This document shows positions 14,701 through 26,500 of a stretch of 64,000 bases of DNA, one piece after another. The stretch spans positions 8,793,625 through 8,857,624 of the forward strand of contig CM082579.2 of the NCBI GenBank assembly GCA_040954595.2, given 5' to 3'. This stretch comes from Balanoglossus misakiensis (Eukaryota > Animalia > Hemichordata). Under the pieces are notes generated by a model that saw nothing but the letters and a program-made list of their open reading frames with translations, was not told where the DNA came from and searched no databases. A program made the translations under genes and the position numbers. Position 1 is the first letter of the stretch; every line of letters starts with the position of its first letter.

Positions 14701-15804
14701 TGTATGTTGGGGAAATGGGCCTCTAGTGTAAGGCAAAGTGCGTTCGACGTGAATAAAAATCTGTGCCTTTGATTCAATTACTTCAGAATATCATCTCGTG
14801 GAGTTTTCCGCCAAACGACATCGAGCAGTAGCATTTTTCTTGAAAAATTTAACGTGGCGTGTGTACACAGATGGGTTTCTTTAGAGGACTGTAAAGGGGG
14901 CTTAAGTTTGCATAGTGGATGAACAGTGGGTATGAAAAGACCTAGGATGTACAACCGCTGTCCAAATAACAATTAGGCGCATTGAGTCTGGAATATCCAT
15001 ATTGAGGACAAGGCCATTTGCATTAGACACCGTGTTGGATGTCACTCGATGCCTCGTTCTGTTCTCTCTCTCTCACTCGATCAGGGCGTTTCAAACACGA
15101 GATATTTATCGCAATGTTGATAAATTATTTCTCGATATAATTTCAGGAATGCGTGGCAGGCATCGCGGGTTCAAAAAACTGAAGGGCGGCCACGTTGTTG
15201 TGTGAATCGAATACCGTTCTAAGTGAGCCAGTGGTGATAATAAACGCTGCGGTGTGCTTGCATACTACTAATACTGCAAAATTGGTAAACATCTGCCAAT
15301 TACAGGTCACGGTGAAATGAATGTTATTTTAGTGAAAGTACTAATAAGTGATATTAACAACTTAACAAGGTCAATTACATAATTCAAATTAACATAAATA
15401 CTACATAATCTCTTGCGTGAAAATGTAATGCTTCAACCCAGAGACACCCTAAAACTGCTGAAAAAGACCACTGAAAAATAAGAATAATTTTGAGTTGCAT
15501 TTTATAAACTCAGTAAGTAGTGACGGCAGACTAACGGTACATGTATGGCTTGCAGATGACATTTACTCGGAGAGATTCTGTGACGCCCAGCTCTCAATAG
15601 CCGGCAGCAGTTGAAATCAAATCCACAAATGCGAAACAATTTCCTGTTGTGTTCTTTTTATCTTGTAACAAACAACAGGTGCTGAGTGGCTGCGCTTTTT
15701 GTCTGCGTTCGAATACACGGGCGGCCTTCAGGCATTGATTTGAAGTGACCTGGCTCTGATTCGTATCCACCCCTGCCACTTGCCCACTTTTCTTTTCTCC
15801 CCAG

Positions 15805-15843
15805 TCTTCGTGTCACCGATAAAATCAACTCAGGCAGACAAGT
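15805..15843 (+). CDS. Candidate 39-nt symmetric cassette exon of AFF
   Basis: Acceptor cttttcttttctccccAG, donor GTAAGT, length divisible by 3, open in phase 2 (LRVTDKINSGRQV). Confidence 0.35.
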
Positions 15844-16023
15844 GTAAGTTTTCTCAGTCGATAAATGGAAAATCAGGATTCCTTGTCGCGTGAGCTGTGG
15901 CCGTTCCCTGGAGGCGATGAGTGTCTGTTTTGCGATGGTTTGGCTTTTTGCATGAATAGCAGTTGTGTCTGCGCGCAGAATGTCATTGTCTACCCTGAGA
16001 TTTTACATTGCTCATTCCCCTGG

Positions 16024-16110
<87 letters not shown>
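16024..16110 (+). repeat. (TGA)n microsatellite
   Basis: About 29 perfect TGA units. Confidence 0.97.
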
Positions 16111-16111
<1 letters not shown>

Positions 16112-17397
16112 ATCTAAATGACCAATCAAGTGAAATGTCCTACTATATCATAGCTTTAGAAAGTTTTTGCTTGTAAAAAAATAGAATATAACAATATCAT
16201 CTTTGTATCGCTATAACCGTTTTTCGGCCTTCCATTAAATAAGCCTTTCAAGTTACCTCATTCCGATTATTCAAGATTCCTTCCCAAGGTGCATCACTGC
16301 AGAAATCCCAAATTACTTTGAAACGATGACAAGCAAGATTGCATTTTTTTGTCCTCATTCACCCCATTTGATATTTTTTGTATCAGTGTCTCTTGTAAGA
16401 TTCTTTTGTGACTCAGACTTTGGAAAGTGGCATTTTTCCCATACATCCTGAGATACAATGTGGATCTAAACACACACAACAGTCTGACTCTCTGAGATAA
16501 TTGCATTGGAGGCAGTGGTTGTCACGCGACTGGTTCTCTTGTGACATGTGCAGTTTATCTAGAAGGACCTGGTGTCTGGGAGCCGACATAATAGAGTGTT
16601 TATAAAAAAAAAAACAGCAGAAAGAAGTGGCTTGTTCGGCAAATTGATTCCTCCGTGTGGATTCAAAGGGAAAGGGATGTTAGTGCTGGGAAAGGCAGTA
16701 ATGTGATTATCACAATGGAGACGCCTGAGATTTTTTGTATTCAATTATTTGACAGTCGCGTATGCACAAATGGTCCTCATCACAAAACGGCCTTGCGTGT
16801 GTGTGTGTGTGTGGCTGCTTTGGCAGTCTTGGAAAAATTTTGCTTTTGGATTTGTGGTCGCCAGAGAAGTTGTGGCTTAGTGGTTCATGTATCAACATTT
16901 GTAACCAAACACTGATGTGTTGTAACCGAGTACTAACGTCCCGTGGTTTTTTTGGTGTGTCGGTCATGTCGTGAGGAAAATGTCGGCTCATTTGCTCTTG
17001 GTAATTGTAGCTATCTCTGTGACCGTGAAAGGGCCTTGAAAAGCAAGCAGTGTTTGTTATCGCGGGAGATGGAAATCCGACTTAAGTAAAAATCAATGAA
17101 TTTTGTTTAATGTTATTGGACTCCTATTACATTTTGTTTGAAAGTTGTATGAGTTTTTTGTGTATGTGGGTGGCTGAGAGGATGAATAGATATAGTTGTC
17201 AATGCACACATGAATAATACTTACACCCACCTCATGGGGGGGGGGGGGAGACCACATAAATGAACTGATTCAAGTACATGTACATGTCATATCTGATACC
17301 TGTTCCAATTTTGTCAATACTAATCTTTCCCATTTTCTCCTCTCGAGGGATCTGTACCCTGTAGATGACATGGCTGTTCTTATACCGAAACAATCAC

Positions 17398-17471
17398 TTT
17401 TGTTTCCATGGTTACAGGCACTCACCTTCTCTTGCATTTTTTGTTTCCATGGTTACAGGCACTCACCTTCT
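17398..17471 (+). repeat. Direct duplication (41-bp period) of the splice-acceptor region
   Basis: ttttgtttccatggttacaggcactcaccttct at 17398-17430 and 17439-17471. Confidence 0.92.
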
Positions 17472-17579
17472 AGACCACACAGCCCTTCTTCAAGTAGCAG
17501 CGGTAGTTCCTCCAGTGATTCTGAAGATGAAACGGACTCGGACTCTGATACCAGCTCCAGTGAAGCCTCACCCAAAGAG
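17459..17579 (+). CDS. AFF4: AFF exon, Ser/Asp-rich ([40 protein letters not shown])
   Basis: ttacag acceptor (AG 17457-58), GAG|gtaggc donor; phase 0 join to exon 18479. Confidence 0.85.
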
Positions 17580-20500
17580 GTAGGCAAGGCTTTTGTTGCC
17601 ACAGATATTGAATAGATTTTCACTAATTGTACCGTAGAACTGTAAACGATTGAATATCCATGTATCAGAAATGTGTATATGAAATGTATGTATATGATTG
17701 AGAGACAAAATCATGGGTACCACCAGTACATGTATTCTGTATTATTGTTGCTGTGTTATGAACCTGCACGACTGCATGATTTTTACGAAGGCAGCCATTT
17801 TGAATTACACTCAGTGTTGTCTCCTCGCGACACCGTTATTTTACAAGACAGTGCACGCATGCTTGTCAGCCCGTGGTGTTGGACTAATTTACGTGTTTTC
17901 TACCCTAGTTGGAAGTGGTGGATATGGATGGATGCCCGCACTGAGTTGAAATCGATCAAAGCTCTTGCTCTTGGGCCTGTAACATAGTGGGACTAGAATT
18001 ACAAGTTAGCTCGTGTCAGCTCATCAGTAGCTGATGGCACTCTATAAGGGGTGGGCTTGCTGACCTAGAGAAATGGGTTGAATGCACGCAAAACATTGAA
18101 CAATGAAGTTAAAAAGTACTGCTTTTATTGCAGTAGTCGTGAAGTGTGGTCCAATTGACCAGATGAGCAGATTTCTGTTTGATGTTTTGATGCGTGTGCT
18201 GGATATGCACTGTCGTCAGGAAGGAACAGTGGCATATTGACAGCAGCTGATGCCACTGTGAAAATGTCATTACACCAGTGAAGGGAAAGTGGTATTGCAA
18301 GGTCAATCGCAAAATGATTTGCAGGCAGTGCTCTTAAAGACCAGACTCTGATAATTGTGTGTAACATTTGACATTTGCAACTCAGGGCTGGTAACCTATG
18401 TCAGTCAGTCAACATGCACCGTTGTAGAAGTTACCGTAGTGCTAACATTTTTTTTTTCTGCTGTGTTTATCTCCGCAGACCAAACAAACCAAAATTAACT
18501 GGGCACTGTCAAATTTTATGAAACCCCACGTGTCGAGTGGACTCATACAGAATAAGAATAACAAACACTCGTGCTCCGGTTCGACGTTCCAATCTCGAGA
18601 CACTGCCAACTGGTCGCGGAACTCGCCCGGCAAGTTAGCGGACTTTGGCGACGGCAGCAATGGCTTCGACAACGTGGATCACAGCGACTCGCCGCCGGGC
18701 TTCGATCCGGGCGGCGGGGGCGGGGAGAACAGCACGGAGAAGGACAAGTGTGAAATCAAGAACGGAATCTCTCTGAAATTTACCCGGGTTCCCGCTGCAA
18801 AGGAACCGGAAATCGTCAAAGGGAAGCAGCCCGGGAAGACTGTGGCAAGCAAGGGCCCCGGGAAGGTGTCCGCCAAGCGCGTGGGGAAGAAAAACGGCGG
18901 CGAGAAAAGGCCCAATGTGGAGAAAAGTAATAGTACTGTGGACTCGGCCAAGGCTGAACAAATCAAGGAGAAATCTAAGGACTCCAAGAAGATTCACAAG
19001 CAGGCCAACAAGCTGGACTCGAAAAGCGATGGCAAGTCGAGCAAAACTCCCAAACAATCAACTCCGAGGCAGGAGAAATCAACTCCGAGGTCGAGCGAGA
19101 AGAAAGGCAAGAAGTGGTCGGGGGGCAACGCCGGCAAGAGCAAAAACAAAATGGCGAAATCAAGGGAGTACCTGTCCAGCGACAGCGACTCGGACGTGAG
19201 CATCGACGTTGTCACCACGGGATCTCCGGACAAGTCGTGCCAGAACGCGGGAGCGCCCCCGACGAATGCAAACTCAAAGAGTACAGCCGCCCCTGTATTG
19301 TCGCAGGCCCCCTCTAGGACTTCAACTCCCAGCCAGGCCGCAAAGCCGGCCAGGGCAACTCTGGGCAAATCCAAAACCAAAGACTCCAAGGGCAGTTCCA
19401 GGAAATCCTCCGAGAAATCCAAGTCGGAGATCAGCGACGAGATGAGGCACGCCGTGTCGCGGCCGGAGCCCCTCTTGTCGCCGCTGCAGAGCGCCATGCC
19501 CGCGCTGTTGCAGATCACGCCGACGAAGGCGGCCGCCGCGGTCCCGACGGCCGACGTGTCCAAGATAGCCTATGTCAATGGAATTCCCACACTTCTTGTG
19601 AAACTGGACCTCTCTCTCATTGAGAAAATCCCCTCCAAAATCAAGCTGATCAGGGAGCGGGAGGAAACGCGAACAAAGAGCGCACTGGATGCGAGTTTCA
19701 ATGCTGCCGACGAAAAGCCACCAAAACTCACCAAGATTCCGAAGAGAAAAGTGGACATTGTGAGTATATATTATATATACAAAGCGTCTTGTCATTTCAA
19801 GTGTCAACGTTGCATGTTGTAGTGGAATTAAATATTGATCAGGCTACCTGTTGTGTACTCTCTCTCTACGGGATTAATCTGATCAGAAGATTTGTGGTCG
19901 TAAATTACAGAAAGTGGGTTATTTGGTCAGGTAACTGCAGATGTGCAGAGGGTCCTGTCCAACAAGTAACGTTTGATCTACTCATATTAAAAATATAATT
20001 GAGTAGATTGAATTGCTGCATCAGTTGGTGAACTATAATATCTTAATACTGAGCCTCCTGTCCATTTCGAAGATGCAGATTTTTTCAGGTCATATTAGTA
20101 AATGGTTACCGAGATTTTGTTTTATCTGTCAGTGCGTAGGCTGGCAGCGATAATGCTGCTGACAATTTTCTGTTCACTTTCGACAGTAAACAAAAGAATA
20201 ATTTGTTTACAGCAGCTGACAAGTGTGGGTGTCATCCCCAAAAGGAATCACAGATATTCAAAATGGGTGAAACAGTAGAAAGTATCCCCCACCCGCACTC
20301 TATCGTAATGCAGCCATTTATCCAGATGGAGGCAACCTGCCCTGAGGCAGTAAATAAGGCTTATCGCAAGGCGCGGCTATAGTTATTACCCATTATAATA
20401 TACGGTGGTTCGATAAGCGCTTTTTTGTCGCAAGTGTGCGATCGCAGCTCTGCAGTGGATCTATTAGCATAATCTGTTACAACAAAATGCCAGAATAGTC

Positions 20501-23500
20501 AGTAATATATTAGGCTTTCGGAGTAATTGTGATGTTTTTCTTTTACCGGTAGTTTAATTCAGTAGTACACTCACAGTCTTTATGATGAAAATAAACATTG
20601 CATTGTAATTTGTGTTCCTTTTTTGGCCTATATCAGTCAAAAGTGTGAAATCTTTCCGCTTAAAAATGTGTCAGTATCAATCACTGTGCGTTTCTTTTTG
20701 TTGTCAAAATTTACCACACGGTTGACAGTAATCACCGCAGAGTATAACACATCAAAAATTAATATTGATTGTTGTTCCCCCTTCGGAATTAACTGGACAC
20801 ACAGCTAACTGAGCAGACTCTCAGATTAATGGGCTGCGGTGTTGACCCCTGACCTCCTCCTTTAGGGAAACAAATGCTTGGATAAGAATATCTGAACGAG
20901 CTGTAAGCCACCTCGGTTGTGTGTCAGGGCTGACATGTTGAAGCCAGGCTGTCATGTCAGTGCCAATAAATCACAATTGATTTTCATCGTCGGGTCAGCA
21001 TTTCTGGGTAAAGTCGGGGGTGCTAATGCGCGACCTCGTCTGCCGGGGGGTCAGGCCCTCCAGGTGTGTGCCGCGGCATTACGTGTACGAATTTTGGATC
21101 CATTTGTCAAATCCTGGTCTCTTGCCCCGACTCGCCAGAATTGTTTTCAATTAAAACTAAAAAGTTCAGAGTACGATGTGATGGCTTGCAGTAATGCACC
21201 TCTGTTTGTGTTTTATCTGATCCAAATGTCAACTGTCGACATAAACATTTTTTTATTCCAATTTACATCTCACTTATTGTTGTGTTAAATATAGAAATAT
21301 TGCTACTGCAGATATTTTTATACAAAACTATTTAAATTTCTTTCAATTCAGATTTTCTCGTCGGCACTATTGAATTTGCATCAGAATCTAAAAAATCAGG
21401 AATATATCTGGACTGACTTTTCAGTGTAAAGAAAAAAATTAATATTGAATTGCCAATGTTTTTTCTCTTTTCTCTGTTAAAAATGGCTGAATGTGCATGA
21501 TATATGTTACACATGTTGTTTACTATGCACTTGCAGTAATTTAGTGAAATATTTAGTAATAGGAATTGATGGCACTGCCGTGACAACTGTAGTAATGCCC
21601 GTCACCCGGTTTTATCATGATAAATTTACCGTAAGTAGTGAATTATTTTATGATTATTTAAATGAACGGGGATAGACGTTGTAATTTGCAGTGGGACTGA
21701 ACTGCCTGTGTGTTCGATCTGCATAATTGGGAATTCAATCTCTTATCGTATTTCCCCTACTTTTGCCCCACCACTTCAGCTAACGCAAACAGAACGAACA
21801 GTGATAAATTGATCCCGTTTCGGTTATCTCGTAAAACGCTGTCACTCTGAATTATTCAGCGATGCGATTAGTTGACGTCGGACGTTGCCGCCGCCGTCGT
21901 TCTCCATCTCTGTGTGTTTGCTTGTTTCCATCATGTTAGGGTGTCATTTGAAACGTGCAAAATATAAGTACCGGTAGGAATGCATGGACCTGGAAAATGT
22001 ATCACTGTGAAGTGTTTTTATTTTAAGTCTTTCGACTGTTTTTGTAGCAGCCATTTCCAGAGGGAACTAAGCCAGCTGAAGTGATTGCAAAGCAACAACA
22101 AAAAAATAACTGTGTCGTTTCCAGTTATTAGAAGAGATAAGCCCAAGCTATACCAGGTTTGCTGTCACCTGAATATAAATAATTACATTTCATCGCTGAC
22201 AGAAATTTTCTGTGGATCGCTATCCACCCCTCCCCTCCCCTCAACTCCCCCTTCCATTTATGCAATCTTCCAGAATCAGTATTAATGCAGATCGAATGAT
22301 GTTTGATTATCGGGAATGATAGGCCACTTTGACAAAAAAAAAAAACTGTGCCACCAGTCGGTAAGAAATGTTGCTAAGCATTTCTGAAGTTGAAAAAAAG
22401 TCAGAGATAGCTTGGGGGAAAGTTCAGACACATCACAATATTTGGCTTATTTTTTATAAGACAAATTGACAGTGTAAAATTCCCAGATAAATATCACATG
22501 TGATTATGGAAAAGGCATGTGTGTTTATGCTAAATTTGATAAAGTGCAGATATTTTTTTGCCACTGTTCACATAATCATTATACGTCTCCCCAAGGGCCC
22601 TATTTCAGGACAAGGAGTGTGTACCATAATAGTCAATCGTACTTGCAGTTGAAAACCCTCGTTTTGTAAGGAGCTTACACTCTCCCCAATCAATCCATCA
22701 TGTTACCTATCATTACGAGTTTGAGTTCGTTAATCATGTTGATTTTTTTTTACCTCATAAAAGCTTTGAGGAGAAAAAAGCGAGGTGACAAGCGTCTTGA
22801 AAATGGCCCATTTAGGACATCCTCCAGGTGATGTTTGTGTGTGTGAGATTTCCTGTTGAGCAGGTGCCCTACTTTTAGCAGGACTCCGTTTTCACACTCT
22901 GTAGTAGTACTGCCTCAGCAGACTCGTCTGGTCAGTCGGTCACACACGGTCACACCTGTCCACCCAACGCTTGCTAAACCTTGTAGGAATGTTAATAAAT
23001 AATGCCGTAACCGTTTCAAAGCCGAGTCAATAGAGCTCAGAAGTTGTGGCGTAATAACATTTACAAGTGACCCAGATGTTGTTGGTCACGTTTTACGTGG
23101 AAGGATAGTTTTTCTCATCCGTTGTGGTTCATGACTTTTCTGCTAAAATCTGGCGTTTCTCTCTCCACCTTAATTAAAAAAAAGAATCCATGCGGACTTC
23201 TTCATGTGCACAACCTCAGCAAGCACTGTCTTGTATTTTCATATATTCCCACAGTTTGTTATCATAAATGAGACATGAACTCACCTTGAAATATATTTAT
23301 TTGTTTTGTTGCACTGTTGAGCACAATCTCCAAAAGGATTATTGGGGTGGGGGGAGGGGATTTACAATACAACCAATGTTAATGTTTCAGAAGTAAGCTT
23401 GGCTAAGTTTGTTTGACCTTTCCTGAAAGTTTGTGCTATTATAAGAAAAAAAATCAATTTTTATTTCCGTGTGGGAGTGAAAGCCTGAGCTTATTCAGCT

Positions 23501-26500
23501 TTCTGAAAAAAATGTAATGCGGTATAATAATAGTACATACAGAACAGTACAATACAACATAAATTGCATAAATAAACAATTGCATAATACAGTAAAAAAA
23601 ATAAATGTTGACAGGAAAGAGTTGAGTGTGGAATGAGCAGAGAGCCAAAGAAGTAACTGTCAGCGAAGGTTAAAAATTGAAATTTGTCATGTGTGAATAA
23701 TTGATGGAAAGTGTACTAAGTACTGAGATGATTTGCAAGAGGGGAGAGACCACTGTTGGTGATTTGATCTCAACCTTGTCAATGAGTAGCCCCATCTACT
23801 TAAGTGTTATTTGGTTAAAGGCACTCTGTTTGCCGGATTGGATTAAAGGGGTTGCACACTGCCACATGCTTCAGATCAAGACACCAGGAACTAAAAACAG
23901 TTATTAATAAATAGCGAATGTTATTGTTTAACATGCCAGGCCAATGATGAATGTGTAAGTTAACAGAGAGTGACCCGTCATAGGTGGGTTGCACATCAGC
24001 TGAGTGGTCGGGTGGTTTGTTTTGTTTCATTTTTTTTTGAAGGGTTAAATTGAGACGAACTGTAGAGGATGTTTTTCAATTCAAATGGCAAGGGATTAGG
24101 AAGGTCAGGGAACTTTGATAACCAAAATAACCCAGTTATTGTAACTGTTAAGTTTCATGCTCAATGGAGCTCTTGTCACAATTCAATTGGAGCGGCTGCC
24201 AAGCTTAAATTACCACAGAATAAACCACAGTGTATGATGTGTGTAGTTTTAATAACAAAGGTTGTAATAGTGTACCTTATCTAATCATTTTATTCACACT
24301 AAATGATTTTCCGTAGCCCTCGCCACTATTACTATTACTATTTCTCAATCATACATCACACATAAATTCTTGGTGTATTATTTCAGCGGTCAGTTTTATC
24401 GATGTGACACACTTTTAAAAGCCATTGAATTTCAACAGAGCCACAGGCCCACACACGCGCACATGCTGTGGGCTCCCAAAGATTAATTGCTTTACAGTAC
24501 GGTTGGTTGGACAGAGACCTCTAGAGTTTGGTTGCATTTGTTGTGCAGAGGGCGCCCTCTTGAGGCATATTTGTGTACTGCCTGACTTGGCACAAGTACA
24601 TGTATGGTTATTTGATCGGTCTCCAATGCACATACACATCAACTGAACAGTTTCTCTTTTGTTTCATTTCTCAGCAGAAAAAGGAAGATAAGTTATCCGA
24701 TGCTGAACCTGTTGAGTGCAAGAAGATTAAGAAGGAACCAATTAATGAAATTGTATATAAATCTCCCAAGCAGGAAAAACCCGAACCTGAACACAAAGAG
24801 TAAGTCAGTGGTATAATTTCTCTTCTGTTTAAGGTGTTTGCATACATCAAATCAAAACCGGGACTCAAAGCTGTGAATGCAGTTCAAAATCCAAATGGAT
24901 CATGTAGATAGAGAGTGTTGGTTGGAAATTTTAGACTCGGTTCCAAGGTTTGATGAAAGGGGAAACAAAAAAACATTCTCACATTTCCAGCTTCTGAACT
25001 GAAAATAAACTATGGTCAGAAAGGAGAAAATGGGATGATTGAAGTGTGTTTACGAGTGTTCGATGAACTGACTGAACTCTCTGACAAAGATTCATTGTGA
25101 GGGTGTTTCTCTGGTGCACGCAGTCCATGGAATCATGTAGAAAAAAAGAATAATAAATATTGGTCGTTCTCTCGGTCTAATGTTTGCCCTGTGGTTTGGC
25201 CCCCGACAGGATTGGTGTGAAACAAGAAGACAGCCACGAATGGGATCGCAAACACCCGAGGAGGTTAGGCGAGAGACGGAGCAGCAACTCCAGCATCCAG
25301 AGCGTCCACAGCACCAGCAGTCGGAAGAACGACAAGGACAGTCCCCCGAGGAAAAAGGTTAAAAAGGAGCACGCGGACTCGAAGGCCGACGGCGGCAAAC
25401 GCAAAGCGAAAGAGCCGGACGCCGCCGGCGATAAGCACGGGGAAAGGACGTTGCCGACGGAGAACTGTGACGGCGTGGCCGCTAACGCCGCCGGTCAGAG
25501 TAACGGCCACAAAGCTGCCGGTGATTGGACTGCCCTGGTCGCCAACGCCTATGTGTGCGCTCCGGAGAGACGGAATCTCGATAAAAAGCCACTCATTAAA
25601 GTTGAAAATGAAGACAGGTGTGTGTGCATGCTTTTCTGTCATCTGTCTTGAGCTTGGGGGCATATTCTGCTCTCAGAGGATTCAGCACAAACTGAAAACA
25701 AACAATGTGAATTTGGAATAGTTTTATTTATTACATATGAAAAATAATGAAGATTTATGCTTCAAAGTAAAGTATCGACGGAGTCGAACCGCCTATGCTC
25801 AATGGCATCAAACCCATAATACTTTTTTTGCTTTTTGAATGAATTTCATTATTTTTCATATGCTGTTTAGCTAAAGTGTGGCTAGATGGCTAACTGCTGA
25901 TGTAATATATCTTGCATACCAATTTGGAACAATTATCCCAAATAGTGGTCAAACAGAAACAATGCTTGCATTCCAATTTGAAACAAGGTGACAAAAGTGG
26001 TCGAAATGAAACAATGACCTGTGGTTTCAGCTCAGCGGCAGTTTATGTTATGGACTCGCGTGTGCAATTTCAGTGAGGGCGCCTCGCTTGTAACTGGGCT
26101 TTTTACTTTCAGAATTCACTAAATGTAGTGGTAGTAGTCGTCCTCATTGAGTCTTTCATGATCTGCATTTGTTGATGGGAATAGAGCCGAGAATGTGTCA
26201 GATGAAGTCTTCAACTTGATCTGATTCTTCCCAGGGATAGTTCAACACGTGTGTTCCCCCCCCCCCCACACACACACACACCATACACACACAAACATTA
26301 GCACAGCGAAATAGCTGACACCGTACCACTTAACCAGAAAATAACCAAAACAATTTCTCTGCTTGCAGACAACACACTGCAAACCATTACCTAGCCGAGG
26401 CTAAAGACTTGAAACACAAGGCTGATGGAATGGTAAGTCCGCTGGCTTGTAGACACACCATCTGCATCTGCAGTGAATATTGAACCGGTTATAGAACTTT

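Noticed and set aside
1-17400. Short 60-127 aa ORFs in the AFF upstream intron
   Set aside because: No recognisable domains or consistent exon structure; many start at non-ATG codons.
18442-19807. Multiple antisense and alternate-frame ORFs over the large AFF exon
   Set aside because: These are shadows of a GC-rich coding exon, with no independent motifs or splice structure.
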